NCBI GenBank assembly: GCA_965203515.1
Contig: OZ241907.1
Coordinates: forward strand, 2,592,001-2,656,000
Source: Spirochaetia bacterium
GTDB lineage: Bacteria > Spirochaetota > Spirochaetia > SZUA-6 > Bin103
Direction of reading: 5' to 3'
Length of the DNA stretch: 64,000 nt
Shown here: positions 20,929 through 31,200 of the stretch, in pieces
Numbering within the stretch: the first letter of the stretch is position 1
How the letters are laid out: each line of letters starts with the position of its first letter
Program-made: the position numbers and the translations under genes
The notes under the pieces: model-generated
What the model was told of the DNA's origin: nothing
The model's database searches: none
Seen by the model: the letters and a program-made list of their open reading frames with translations, nothing else

Positions 20929-22107
20929 ATGGTCGCATTGACCCGGCCGACAGCCGCCGATACCATGCCTGCCTTGTCGGGCGATGCGATGAAGACAGGA
21001 GAGGCGGCGGACGCGGTCCCGTACGTCGAGTTCGAGTCGATCGTAAAGAGTTACGACGGTCGCACGCTGGTGGTTTCGGACCTCGACCTGAGCATCCGCG
21101 AAGGGGAGTTCCTGACGTTGCTCGGGCCGTCCGGTTCGGGCAAGACCACCTGCCTGATGATGCTGGCCGGCTTCGAGACGCCGTCGGCCGGCACCATCCG
21201 CATCGCCGGCCGGTCGGTGCACGACCTGCCGCCGCGGCAGCGCAACATCGGCGTCGTCTTTCAGAACTACGCGCTGTTCCCGCACCTGACGGTAGGGCAG
21301 AATCTTTCCTTTCCCCTCGAAGTGCGCCGGCTCGATCCCGCGCAGCGTCGGGAGCGCGTGCGGCGGGCGCTGCGGCTGGTACGGCTGGAGGGATTCGAGG
21401 ATCGGCGGCCCGACGAGCTGTCCGGGGGGCAGCAGCAGCGCGTCGCCATCGGCCGCGCGCTGGTGTTCGAACCCAGCCTGGTGCTGATGGACGAGCCGCT
21501 GGGCGCGCTGGACCGCAGCCTGCGCGAGGAGATGCAGTACGAGATCCGCCGCATCCAGCGCACGCTCGGCGTCACCGTCGTCTACGTCACCCACGACCAG
21601 CAGGAAGCGATGGTGATGTCCGACCGCATCGCCGTGTTCAACCGCGGGCGCATCGAGCAGGTGGCGCCGCCGGAAATCCTCTACGAGGAGCCGGAGCGGC
21701 CGTTCGTGGCGCGCTTCATCGGCGGCAACAACCTGCTGCGCGGTCGGGTGACCGAGGTCGACGGCGATTATTGTCTGGTCGGAGTGAACGGCTGGATGAT
21801 CGCCGCCTACCGCGTGGCGGCGTGCGCGGTGGGCGACGAGGTGACGGTCGCCATCCGCCCGGAACGGGTCGGCATCGCTTCCCGCCCCGGCCACTACAGC
21901 AACCAGTTCGAGGTGCGGGTGGAGACGATCGCCTTTCTGGGCGACCACCTGATCGTGCAGGTCCAGGCCGGCGAGCGCACCGACTTTGCCCTCAAGATAC
22001 CCAACATCACCGGTCACGGGGGGATGCTGGAAGGCGATACGATCACGATAGGATGGACGGCGGCCGACTGCCGCGCACTCGCCATCGACAAGGAGGACGC
22101 AGAATGA
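20929..22107 (+). CDS. Polyamine-type ABC transporter ATP-binding protein (PotA-like)
   Basis: GPSGSGKT, LSGGQQQR, DEPLGALD, TOBE-like end. Start could be 20989. Confidence 0.92.
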   Translation: MVALTRPTAADTMPALSGDAMKTGEAADAVPYVEFESIVKSYDGRTLVVSDLDLSIREGEFLTLLGPSGSGKTTCLMMLAGFETPSAGTIRIAGRSVHDLPPRQRNIGVVFQNYALFPHLTVGQNLSFPLEVRRLDPAQRRERVRRALRLVRLEGFEDRRPDELSGGQQQRVAIGRALVFEPSLVLMDEPLGALDRSLREEMQYEIRRIQRTLGVTVVYVTHDQQEAMVMSDRIAVFNRGRIEQVAPPEILYEEPERPFVARFIGGNNLLRGRVTEVDGDYCLVGVNGWMIAAYRVAACAVGDEVTVAIRPERVGIASRPGHYSNQFEVRVETIAFLGDHLIVQVQAGERTDFALKIPNITGHGGMLEGDTITIGWTAADCRALAIDKEDAE

Positions 22108-23195
22108 AGACCACGGGACGCACCCTGACCGCGGCGTTGGCGGCGCTGGCCGCCCTGGCCGGGAGCTTCTCCGCAGCCGCCGAGGAGCTGACCATGGTGT
22201 CGTGGGGCGGAGCGTACGGCCGCGCCACCCAGCTGGCGCTGCTCGATCCGTTCGGCGCGGCGACCGGCGTCGCGATCGACCGGGAGGACTACAACGGCGG
22301 CCTCGCCGAGATACGCGCGCAGGTAGAGACGGGAAACGTGCACTGGGACGTCGTCGACCTGGAAGCCGCCGACGCCGTGCGCGGCTGCGACGAGGGCCTG
22401 TTGGAGGTGATCTCGGCAGAGGACCTCTTTCCCGGACAGGACGCGGCCGCCGCGGCGGAGGACTTCCTGCCCGGCACGCTGACCGAATGCGGCGTCGGGA
22501 TCGTCGTCTACTCGACGATATACGCCTACCGCACCGATCACTTCACGGCAGAGCAGCCGTCGACCATGGCCGACTTCTTCGACGTGGAGCGGTTTCCCGG
22601 CCGCCGCGGCATGCGGCGCTCGCCGTACGGCAACCTGGAGTTCGCGCTGGTGGCCGACGGCGTGCCGGTGACTGAGGTGTACGCGACCCTGGACACGCCG
22701 GAGGGCGTGGAACGGGCGTTCCGCAAGCTCGACTCGATCAAGGAGCACGTAGTGTGGTGGGAGGCCGGCGCGCAGCCGCCGCAGATGCTCGCCGACGGCG
22801 AGGTGGCGATGACCACCGCCTACAACGGCCGCATCTTCGACGCGCAGGTCTCGGAGGGGCAGCCGTTCGCGATCGTGTGGGACGGTCAGGTGCTCGACCA
22901 CTCGCAACTGGCGATCGTGGCGGGGGCGCCCAACGCGGAGACGGCGCTCCGGTTTCTGGCCTACATGGCCCAGCCGGCGTCGCTGGCCGCCATGAGCGGC
23001 TACATCTCCTACAGTCCGCCGCGGCGTTCGGCGGTGCCCCTGGTCACCACCCACGTCGAGACCGGCGTGGAGATGGCGCCGCACCTGCCGGTCAGCCCGG
23101 ACAAGCTGGAGCGGTCGGTGTTCAACGACTGGCTCTGGTGGGCCGACTACGGAGACGAGATAACCGATCGCTTCGCTGCGTGGCTGGCGCGCTGA
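22104..23195 (+). CDS. Polyamine-type ABC substrate-binding protein (PotD-like)
   Basis: Signal peptide, SWGGAY, WDVVD, YNGR; AGGAGG RBS. Confidence 0.9.
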   Translation: MKTTGRTLTAALAALAALAGSFSAAAEELTMVSWGGAYGRATQLALLDPFGAATGVAIDREDYNGGLAEIRAQVETGNVHWDVVDLEAADAVRGCDEGLLEVISAEDLFPGQDAAAAAEDFLPGTLTECGVGIVVYSTIYAYRTDHFTAEQPSTMADFFDVERFPGRRGMRRSPYGNLEFALVADGVPVTEVYATLDTPEGVERAFRKLDSIKEHVVWWEAGAQPPQMLADGEVAMTTAYNGRIFDAQVSEGQPFAIVWDGQVLDHSQLAIVAGAPNAETALRFLAYMAQPASLAAMSGYISYSPPRRSAVPLVTTHVETGVEMAPHLPVSPDKLERSVFNDWLWWADYGDEITDRFAAWLAR

Positions 23196-24418
23196 GCCGC
23201 GGGCTCAACGCCGGCCAGCGCCGCGGCGCCCGGCTCAACGGCGCCCGGCTCCGGGCCGCGGCGCTGGTGGCTCCGCTGGCGGCGTTCGTGGGGGTGGCGT
23301 TCCTGACGCCGCTGGCGACGATGCTGGTGCGTAGCGTCCACGATCCGGTGGTCGCCGCGGCGCTGCCCGACACCCTGGCGGCGCTGGGCGGCTGGGACGG
23401 CCGCTCGGCGCCGCCGCCGGCGGCCTTCCGGACGGCGGCCCGCGAGCTGCTGCAGGCGCGCGAAGCGCGCACGCTCGGCCAGATCGCCACCCGCGTCAAC
23501 CGCGTGGAGGCGGGGCTGCGGAGCGTCTTCACGCGCAGCATGCGCCGGCTGCAGGGCGTGGAGACCGACGACTGGGCCGCCGCCATGGTGGCGGCCGATC
23601 CGGCCTGGGGAGAGCCCCGCACGTGGCGGGCGCTGCAGCGCGCCGGCGAACGCTGGACGGTGCGCCACTACCTCAATGCCATGGACCGGGAACGCGGGCC
23701 GGACGGCCGGATCGTGCGCCGGCCGCCCGAGCAGCGCATCTATCTGCAGCTCTTCGGCCGGACCTTCCTGGTCAGCCTGGCGGTCACGGCGCTCTGCCTG
23801 CTGCTCGGCTATCCGCTCGCCTTTCTGATCGCGCACGCGCCGCCGCGCCGCGCCGCGCTGCTGCTGGTCGGCGTGCTGCTGCCGTTCTGGACCTCGCTGC
23901 TGGTGCGGACGACCTCCTGGATCGTGCTGCTGCAGTCGCAGGGCGTGATCAACGACCTGCTGGTGGCGCTGGGCGTGATCGGCGACGGGCAACGCCTTGC
24001 CATGGTCTACAACATGACCGGTACCCTGGTGGCGATGACCCACGTGCTGATGCCGTTCATGGTGCTGTCGCTCTACTCGGTGATGCGCACCATCCGGCCG
24101 CTCTACCTGCGCGCCGCCGCCTCGCTGGGTGCGGGGCCGATACAGGCGTTTTGGCGCATCTACTGGCCGCAGTCGCTGCCCGGCGTGGGCGCCGGGTCGC
24201 TGCTGGTCTTCATCGTCGCGCTGGGCTACTACATCACGCCGGCGCTGGTGGGCGGCCGCAGCGGCCAGCTCATCTCCAACCTGATCGCCTACCACATGCA
24301 GGAGTCGCTCAACTGGGGGCTGGCGGCGGCGCTGGGCGGCGTGCTGTTGACGTGCGTGCTCGTCCTCTACGTGGTCTATGACCGCGTGGTCGGCATCAAC
24401 CGCCTGCGGCTGGGCTGA
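23192..24418 (+). CDS. ABC permease (PotB-like); start uncertain, possibly CTG
   Basis: LLGYPLA, LPFWTSLLVRT, AAASLGA, GYYITPALVGG. Confidence 0.85.
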   Translation: MSRGLNAGQRRGARLNGARLRAAALVAPLAAFVGVAFLTPLATMLVRSVHDPVVAAALPDTLAALGGWDGRSAPPPAAFRTAARELLQAREARTLGQIATRVNRVEAGLRSVFTRSMRRLQGVETDDWAAAMVAADPAWGEPRTWRALQRAGERWTVRHYLNAMDRERGPDGRIVRRPPEQRIYLQLFGRTFLVSLAVTALCLLLGYPLAFLIAHAPPRRAALLLVGVLLPFWTSLLVRTTSWIVLLQSQGVINDLLVALGVIGDGQRLAMVYNMTGTLVAMTHVLMPFMVLSLYSVMRTIRPLYLRAAASLGAGPIQAFWRIYWPQSLPGVGAGSLLVFIVALGYYITPALVGGRSGQLISNLIAYHMQESLNWGLAAALGGVLLTCVLVLYVVYDRVVGINRLRLG

Positions 24419-24420
24419 CC

Positions 24421-25284
24421 ATGCCGTCCGGCGCGCCCATGCCAGCCGGCGCACCGCCCCGGAGCTTCGCGGAACGGGCCGGCCGGTTCCTGTTGCTGGC
24501 GGTCTGCGCGGCGGTCCTGCTGTTCCTGATCGCGCCGCTGCTGGTGGTGGTGCCGCTCAGCTTCAACGCCGAGCCGTACTTCACCTTCACGGAGGGCATG
24601 CTGCGGCTCGACGCCGACGCGTACTCGCTGCGCTGGTACCGGGGCGTCGCCGGCGATCAGGAGTGGCGGCGCGCGCTGGTCAACAGCCTGGTCATCGGCG
24701 CCGCGGCGACGGCGCTGGCGACCGCGCTCGGCACGCTGGCCGCGCTCGGCCTGTCGAATCCGGCGATGCCGTTGCGCACGCCGATCATGGGCATGCTGCT
24801 CTCGCCGATCGTCACGCCGCTGATCATCTCGGCGGTCGGCATGTTCTTCTTCTACTCGGAGATCGGTCTGGCGCAGAGCCACCTGGGGCTGATCCTGGCC
24901 CATACCACGCTCGGCGCGCCGTTCGTGGTGATCACGGTCACCGCCACGCTGTCCGGCTTCGACCGGAACCTGACGCGCGCCGCCGCCAGTCTGGGCGCCG
25001 GGCCGCTGACCGGCTTTCTGCGCATCCAGCTCCCCTTGATCATGCCGGGCGTCGTCTCCGGCGCGCTGTTCGCGTTTGCGACCTCGTTCGACGAGGTGGT
25101 CACGGTGCTGTTCATCGGCGGGCTGGAGCAGCGCACGATCCCGCGGCAGATGTGGTCCGGCATCCGTGAGGAGATCAGTCCGGCGATCCTGGCGGTGGCC
25201 ACCTTCCTGCTGGTATTCGCGCTGCTCTTCATGGCGACCGTCGAATGGCTGCGCCAGCGCGGCGCCGGCCGGCCGGCGTCATGA
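24421..25284 (+). CDS. ABC permease (PotC-like)
   Basis: PLSFN, SLRWY, AAASLGA, SFDEV. Confidence 0.9.
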   Translation: MPSGAPMPAGAPPRSFAERAGRFLLLAVCAAVLLFLIAPLLVVVPLSFNAEPYFTFTEGMLRLDADAYSLRWYRGVAGDQEWRRALVNSLVIGAAATALATALGTLAALGLSNPAMPLRTPIMGMLLSPIVTPLIISAVGMFFFYSEIGLAQSHLGLILAHTTLGAPFVVITVTATLSGFDRNLTRAAASLGAGPLTGFLRIQLPLIMPGVVSGALFAFATSFDEVVTVLFIGGLEQRTIPRQMWSGIREEISPAILAVATFLLVFALLFMATVEWLRQRGAGRPAS

Positions 25285-25296
25285 CGAACCGCCTTC

Positions 25297-25749
25297 CTAC
25301 GGATTGCCGGCCAGGCCCGGGTAAGTTCTTGAGACACAGTCGGCAATAAGGTCCCCGACAAGCGCCGCCTGGGATTCACCGTCCGGTAATCCGCGGATCT
25401 CGCAGTGCGATGGGTCGGCCGGATAGTCGCGCTCTTGCGAAAGCGGCCGGTGCTCGAAGCGCAACCGAGCCGCTTCACGTGTCTTTCGTTTCGTCATACC
25501 GACGTTCAACTCCGCAAGCCGTCCCCGTCTCCTCATCGTTATGCGCGAAAGACGCCGTACATCTTCAAGTTGTTCCGACCTGACGCGGTTTGCAAAATGC
25601 TCCAGCCAGTTGACTGACAGACCGATCTCACCGGATCGCAGACGAAATGCCGATCCATCGACACTGCCGTCTTCCCGAACGAAGGTGGGCTTTACGTAGC
25701 GTACTACGTGATGCTCGGCGCTTAATTCCGTGCCGTTCATCGGAGTCAT
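25297..25749 (-). CDS. Hypothetical protein, putative ADP-ribosyltransferase-like fold (candidate toxin)
   Basis: HVVRY, AFRLR, GLSVNW and DPSHCEI pattern; ATGA overlap at 25746-25749. Confidence 0.55.
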   Translation of the reverse strand: MTPMNGTELSAEHHVVRYVKPTFVREDGSVDGSAFRLRSGEIGLSVNWLEHFANRVRSEQLEDVRRLSRITMRRRGRLAELNVGMTKRKTREAARLRFEHRPLSQERDYPADPSHCEIRGLPDGESQAALVGDLIADCVSRTYPGLAGNP

Positions 25750-26405
25750 TGCAGAAATGAGGCCAGTTTCGAAGCCCGAATCTGCTCTTTGACACCCTCG
25801 AATGTATCGCGATCCGCCTTCGTCCAAAGATTCACCGAACCGGTACGCCGTGTCCACATCACGTACTCGATCCGACGCCCGCCGAGGAATTGGAGCCCCA
25901 CGTGCTTTACTTCATCTCCACGCCAAACGGCGCGCAGATTGCCGCTGTCCGTGACTACGATTTCAGCTTTCAGAGTATAGGGGACCGATCGCATGAACTT
26001 CCAGAAGTCCTGCTCGGAGGTATCGTTGAAAACGATTCCCTCATCCTCGGCGGTTACTTTCAGCATCTCGATTCGGGCTCGATACGCATTGAAGGTGTCG
26101 TTTCGCAAACGATCCGAACTCTGTTCCAATTCAGCAGAAAAATCGGCCCATGGGTTTCTATGAATCCTGTTTGCGACAGACGGCGTAGTCTCGGCGTCTT
26201 GGCCGCTGCCGCCGATGCACAACCCCCATATGCCGTCTCCAAGTCTTTCTTTCGAAAGAAGATGTTGCGAATGCCGGTAACAGGACCGACGAACGTATAG
26301 AGAGAATAATTCCTCATGTTGGCGATTGTCCTGGTCGAACGCCGTCGTGGATTCGGTTTTGGCGAACGGGCCTGTAGGGTCCGCTGCAATCGCCGTGGCG
26401 CTCAT
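25746..26405 (-). CDS. Hypothetical protein (candidate antitoxin)
   Basis: Open frame coupled by ATGA overlaps on both sides; C-terminal beta-rich VTDSGNLRAVW...GLQF...IEY. Confidence 0.7.
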   Translation of the reverse strand: MSATAIAADPTGPFAKTESTTAFDQDNRQHEELFSLYVRRSCYRHSQHLLSKERLGDGIWGLCIGGSGQDAETTPSVANRIHRNPWADFSAELEQSSDRLRNDTFNAYRARIEMLKVTAEDEGIVFNDTSEQDFWKFMRSVPYTLKAEIVVTDSGNLRAVWRGDEVKHVGLQFLGGRRIEYVMWTRRTGSVNLWTKADRDTFEGVKEQIRASKLASFLQ

Positions 26406-27259
26406 GACGGATGCTCCCGTTCCCAGTGTTCCTTCTGGACGTGTTGATCCGTCATGCCGAGAAAACAATCCATAACGATTTCATGTGCGCGATCGAACCA
26501 GTTATCGGCTTCCGATTTCGCGATGCATCCAAATTGTTCGGTCGCCTTTATTTCAAACACGAGAATGGGAACGCTGGGGGCCTGGATCGTTTTCCCGCTC
26601 CGTGCGGCGACCTGTAGATGCATTGCATTCTCTTTCTCCGTACGAAAGGCAAATTTGCAGTCGAAGTCGGCTGAGGACCAACGATCGTCGCCAAGCGTGA
26701 GCATGGAGAAAGCCGGGATTATCTTGTTCGTATCCTGTGGTCTCTGCCAATACTTGCACTGCTGAATAGTGTTTACGTAGGTAAGTTCGCATAAATCAAT
26801 TGCCGGCTCTGCAGATGGAGATTCAGTGCGAACGAACTCCGAAAACAGAGCGTAGTATTTGTCGAAATCGGGTTTTATGGAACGATATCTCGGGTAAATG
26901 CCGTCCTGTCGTCGCCGCCAATTGAACACGAACGCGTTCTTCTGAACTTGGATAAGGCTGGCCTCATCGTCAGCGATGAACCAATAGCGAGGCATCGGGA
27001 AGAAGTCGGAGCCGTCAGTAATTACCTCTCCTACCGGTGGTAGCTTGCGCACCTCCGGAAACTTGCTCCTGATCCGTGCCCAGTACAGCCCTATGTGCTC
27101 GGTGCTCAGTTCAAGGGCAGGCTTGAAGTAGGTGGCGATTACGACTTCGCTGATCGGTGGACGTTTGAAGCGGATGGTTGATTCCGCCCTCTCGATGTGG
27201 GGATCTTCAGGGAGTCGCTTGGACGGGGTCACCGGAACGTCGTGCTCACGGTGGATCAC
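26402..27259 (-). CDS. TIGR04255-like protein
   Basis: FKRPPISEVV, PRYWF, LIQVQ...FNWRR, YPRY, LTYVN, WFDRAHE...F...T; start uncertain. Confidence 0.8.
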   Translation of the reverse strand: MIHREHDVPVTPSKRLPEDPHIERAESTIRFKRPPISEVVIATYFKPALELSTEHIGLYWARIRSKFPEVRKLPPVGEVITDGSDFFPMPRYWFIADDEASLIQVQKNAFVFNWRRRQDGIYPRYRSIKPDFDKYYALFSEFVRTESPSAEPAIDLCELTYVNTIQQCKYWQRPQDTNKIIPAFSMLTLGDDRWSSADFDCKFAFRTEKENAMHLQVAARSGKTIQAPSVPILVFEIKATEQFGCIAKSEADNWFDRAHEIVMDCFLGMTDQHVQKEHWEREHPS

Positions 27260-27388
27260 GATCTCTCGCTCTGCTGCGGGTTATCTCGACGCCCGCGAAT
27301 CGTCACGGTACGCACCCTCCTGTCGCGCGGGATGATCCAGCCGTCTCGAGGCCTTCGGAGGCTAGGGTACGGGTTCCCGTCGTGAGCG

Positions 27389-28933
27389 TCAATCCGGCGC
27401 GGGCGGTGAAGCGGCCGTGATCGACTCGCCGGTGGCCGATTCGCCGCTGATCGATGCGGCGGCGTACACGCGGTACTGGTTCGGCTTGCCCGGCGAGCGG
27501 TGGCCCACCTCCCAGACGGTGCGGCCGTCGGGCGCCGCCTCGACGATGATGAAGATGCGGCAGCAGCGCTCGGCGCGGCTGGAGCCGAACAGGATCAGGG
27601 TGTTGCCGCCCGGCAGGCGTTGCACGCTGGAGCAGCACGCGGCGTACAGCGGCGGGCGGTGCCGGTATTCCCAGACCCGCCGCGCCGCCATCCGCTCCAG
27701 GTCGAGCTCCAGCTCCACGGCGCGGGAGAACTGGCCGCCTTCCGCGTAGGGACGGCCGGTGCCGTTGTCGAACAGCAGCACGTTGCCGTTGGCCAGCGGC
27801 AGCGCGGTGTGCTGCGCGTAGAAGCGGTCGCGCGGGTCGGCGAACGTGAAGTCGCTCCCCGGCCCCCCCAGGCGCCAGCGTACCGCGCCGGTGTCCGGCG
27901 CGATCGAGATCACCTGATTGAGATGGCCGAGCGACAGCAGCACGCTGCCGTCGGCGGCCATCGCCGCCGAGTTGCCGTGGCTCCAGTCCTGCACGCGCCG
28001 GTCGCGCCCGCACCCGCCCCACATGGGGTGACCGGGCAGCGTCCGGTTGGAGGCCGGCGCCACCCGGTCGGCCGGCGACAGGTGATCGAAGATGTTCCAG
28101 ACGATCGCCGCGGCGCCGGCCTCGGCATCCCAGATGCCGAGCGTGTCCCCTTCCTGCGGCGCCGGCGGATCGCCGTAGCCCTCCCACAGTACGTCTCGGG
28201 ACAGGTACAGCACGCGTCCGTCGGCCAGCGCCTGCACCTCGTGGTGCATGGGGCCGAACGGCGCGCAGACGTCGGTCAGGCGGCGTATCTCGCGGCCGGC
28301 GGGGTCGATCTCCACCAGGCCGGCCGCGGTGGTGCCGCCCCGGAAGCCGGCCAAGTAGACGATGTTGCCGTTCGGGCGGCGCGCCATCACCCAGGGCTGC
28401 TCGCCGTCCGGCGCCGGGAAGTACCAGACGACGTGGCCGGCGCCGTCGAACGCCGCCAGCCCGAAGAACTCGCTCTGCCGGAACTCCAGGAAGGTGACCG
28501 GCAGGGTCGGAGCGCCCCGCCACACGTCGAAGACCGCCTCACGCAGGCCGGCGGGCAGCTCCCCGGTCGTGAAGCGGCCGGCCGGCGCGGGCGCGGACAG
28601 GCGGCCGTCGGCGCCGACCGCGCGCGCCCGGTAGCGGTACTCGGTGGCGGCGCGCAACCGGAACAGGTCGACGGTGAAGGCGGCGCCGCGGCTCGCCGCG
28701 GGGGCCGAGCGGAGCACGGCGCCGCCGGCGGCCGGCCAGTAGTCGATCACGACGCTGCCGGGCGCGGCCAGTTCGCCTTCCACCACGGCGATCAGCGCGT
28801 TGTCGGCGTGGATGCGCGCGGCGGCGCGGAGCGGCGGCGAAGGCGCGGGGAGAGCGTCGTCGGCCCTGCCGGCCGCCGCCGCGACCAGCAGGGCGGCGGC
28901 AGCCGGCGCGAGCCGGCGGAGCGCGGTCGTCAT
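27389..28933 (-). CDS. Aryl-sulfate sulfotransferase (ASST family), secreted
   Basis: Signal peptide, MHHE, DWSHGNS, YAQHT, LFDNG, SSVQRLPGGNTLI. Confidence 0.85.
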   Translation of the reverse strand: MTTALRRLAPAAAALLVAAAAGRADDALPAPSPPLRAAARIHADNALIAVVEGELAAPGSVVIDYWPAAGGAVLRSAPAASRGAAFTVDLFRLRAATEYRYRARAVGADGRLSAPAPAGRFTTGELPAGLREAVFDVWRGAPTLPVTFLEFRQSEFFGLAAFDGAGHVVWYFPAPDGEQPWVMARRPNGNIVYLAGFRGGTTAAGLVEIDPAGREIRRLTDVCAPFGPMHHEVQALADGRVLYLSRDVLWEGYGDPPAPQEGDTLGIWDAEAGAAAIVWNIFDHLSPADRVAPASNRTLPGHPMWGGCGRDRRVQDWSHGNSAAMAADGSVLLSLGHLNQVISIAPDTGAVRWRLGGPGSDFTFADPRDRFYAQHTALPLANGNVLLFDNGTGRPYAEGGQFSRAVELELDLERMAARRVWEYRHRPPLYAACCSSVQRLPGGNTLILFGSSRAERCCRIFIIVEAAPDGRTVWEVGHRSPGKPNQYRVYAAASISGESATGESITAASPPAPD

Positions 28934-29098
28934 GCGGGCGCGCAGCCTGCCACGGCGGCGCGCCCGCCGCCAGCCATCCGGCCCGACCGCTCGGACGGTC
29001 CGGCGGCCGAGTCTTGACAGGCCGCGGGCGTTTCGGCGACCATGGCCCCCGGCTGAGCGCGTCCGCGCTGAGCATTGAGCATTTTGGAGGTATCAAAC

Positions 29099-31126
29099 AT
29101 GCACCGTAAGAAGGCTTGGGGGGCGGTGTTGGCATCGGCCCTTGGCTTGGCCCTGTCGATGCCGGCGGTCGCCCAGATGGTCGATACGTTCGCCTACGAC
29201 GGCCCGCTGCCGACCACGTTCAACGAGGCGCCGATGCTGGCCGCGCGCGTGGCGGCCGGGGAGCTGCCGCCGGTCGAAGAGCGGCTGCCGATCGCCTCGG
29301 ACGTCCTGGTCGTCCCGGTGGTCGAGCGGATCGGCGAGTACGGCGGCACGTGGCGGCGCGGCTTCGCCGGTCCCAGCGACGGCCAGAACGCCGACCGCAT
29401 CATGATGGACCACCTGCTGCTGTACGACATCGACGGCACCAACATCGTGCCCAACAACATCAAGGACTGGACGCTGGAAGACGACGGCGTCACCTACACG
29501 TTCGAGCTGCGGCGGGAGATGAAGTGGTCGGACGGCATGCCGTTCACCGCCGACGACTTCCTGTGGGCCAACGAGCACATCGTCTGTCATGAGACGCTCA
29601 ACCCGGAGAAGCAGTGCCGGCTCGGCTTTTCGTCCTTCAACCCGCAGGTGCGCAAGATCGACGACAGCACGATTCAGTGGTACTTCGAGACCCCGCAGGC
29701 CGGCTTCATCGACGACGTGGCGACCTACCGCGTGGCCGGCTGGACGCTCAACGGCCGCGTCGGCTCCCCCTCGTTCGCCCCGGCCCATTTCCTGGAACAG
29801 TTCCACAAGGACTTCGTCGACGCGGACGCGATCGACCGGATGGTGGCCGCGGAAGGCTTCGAGAACTGGGAGACCTTCTTCAGAAACAAGATCGACGTGC
29901 ACAAGACGGTGGAGGCGCCGACGGTCGCCCCGTGGGTCGTCACCAGCCCCAACAACACCGATCTGTGGGCGTTCGAGCGCAACCCCTACTACTACGGGGT
30001 CGATCCGGTCGGGAACCAGCTTCCGTACATCGACGCTATCCAGATGCGGCTGTACGCGGACGCCGAGACGCACAACCTGCGCGCCGCCAACGGCGAGTAC
30101 GACTTCAACCACCGCTCCATCGCCTTCAACAACGTGCCGACCTTCATCGAGAACGCGGAACGGGGCAACTACCGGCTGATGCTGTGGCCGGGCGACGCCA
30201 CCGTGGCGGTCGCCTTCAACTACACCTACGGCCTGGGCGGCGACGACCTGACCGAAGACCCGGACCCGGAGATCCGCAAGTGGATCACCAACCGCGACTT
30301 CAAGATCGCCATGTCGCACGCCATCAACCGCGACAAGATCAATGAGCTGGTCTACTTCGGCACGGCCACCGGCCGGCAGGCGGTCTTCCCGCAGTGGCAC
30401 GCCCACTATCCGGGCGATGAGGTCGCGTACCGCTATGCCGATCACGACCCGGCCAAGGCGAACGCCATGCTGGATGATATCGGCCTTGCGGACCGGGACG
30501 CCGACGGCTTCCGTCTGCGCACCGACGGCAGCGGCCGACGGTTGACGCTCGACTTCTCCTACAGCGCCGGGTGGTTCACCACCGCCGGCATCATGGAACT
30601 CCTCAAGGAGGACTGGGAGGAAGTCGGCATCAACGTCAATCTGCGCCTGGTGCAGGGCACCGCGGTCACCGACGAGCGCGGCGGCAACCTGCAGCAGCTC
30701 TTCCTGGACGGCGACGTCAACGCGCGCGAGCCGACCAGCCTGATCTCCGGACGCAGCGCCTTCCCGGCGTACTCGAACTGGTACTCGCAGCGTTCCGGCT
30801 CCTACACGCTGGGCGCGGTGGCGGTCGAGCCGCCGGAGTCCGACACCGAATTCTGGCGGCTGGTCGAGCTGAGCGACGAATCGCAGTTGATGCGCTACGC
30901 CGACCGCACGGCGAACTACCTGGAGACGCAGGAGATCGCCGTGGACAACCTCTACTACATCGGCCTGATCGGCGATTCGGCCGCCTCCAACGGCGTGATC
31001 GTCGTCAAGAACAACTTCCGCAACGTGCCGGAGCGCGCGCCCAACGTCTCGGCGCTGCAGAACCCCGGAAGCGGGCGGACCGTGCAGTTCTTCTTCGAAG
31101 GCGGCAAGAACGACGCCGGCTTCTGA
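29099..31126 (+). CDS. ABC substrate-binding protein, family 5
   Basis: EAPMLA...GELPPVEERLP, YGGT, KWSDGMPFTADD, ERNPYY...GNQLPYID; GGAGG RBS. Confidence 0.92.
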   Translation: MHRKKAWGAVLASALGLALSMPAVAQMVDTFAYDGPLPTTFNEAPMLAARVAAGELPPVEERLPIASDVLVVPVVERIGEYGGTWRRGFAGPSDGQNADRIMMDHLLLYDIDGTNIVPNNIKDWTLEDDGVTYTFELRREMKWSDGMPFTADDFLWANEHIVCHETLNPEKQCRLGFSSFNPQVRKIDDSTIQWYFETPQAGFIDDVATYRVAGWTLNGRVGSPSFAPAHFLEQFHKDFVDADAIDRMVAAEGFENWETFFRNKIDVHKTVEAPTVAPWVVTSPNNTDLWAFERNPYYYGVDPVGNQLPYIDAIQMRLYADAETHNLRAANGEYDFNHRSIAFNNVPTFIENAERGNYRLMLWPGDATVAVAFNYTYGLGGDDLTEDPDPEIRKWITNRDFKIAMSHAINRDKINELVYFGTATGRQAVFPQWHAHYPGDEVAYRYADHDPAKANAMLDDIGLADRDADGFRLRTDGSGRRLTLDFSYSAGWFTTAGIMELLKEDWEEVGINVNLRLVQGTAVTDERGGNLQQLFLDGDVNAREPTSLISGRSAFPAYSNWYSQRSGSYTLGAVAVEPPESDTEFWRLVELSDESQLMRYADRTANYLETQEIAVDNLYYIGLIGDSAASNGVIVVKNNFRNVPERAPNVSALQNPGSGRTVQFFFEGGKNDAGF

Positions 31127-31142
31127 GTTCGTGAGTTCATGC

Positions 31143-31177
31143 GAGCGGCCCGCTCCGGCAACGGAGCCGGGCCGCTC
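31143..31177 (+). terminator. GC-rich stem-loop with GCAA tetraloop after the binding-protein gene
   Basis: GAGCGGCCCG-CTCCG-GCAA-CGGAG-C-CGGGCCGCTC; no clear U-tract. Confidence 0.6.
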
Positions 31178-31200
31178 CGTGCTTTCGCGGTAACCACCCC

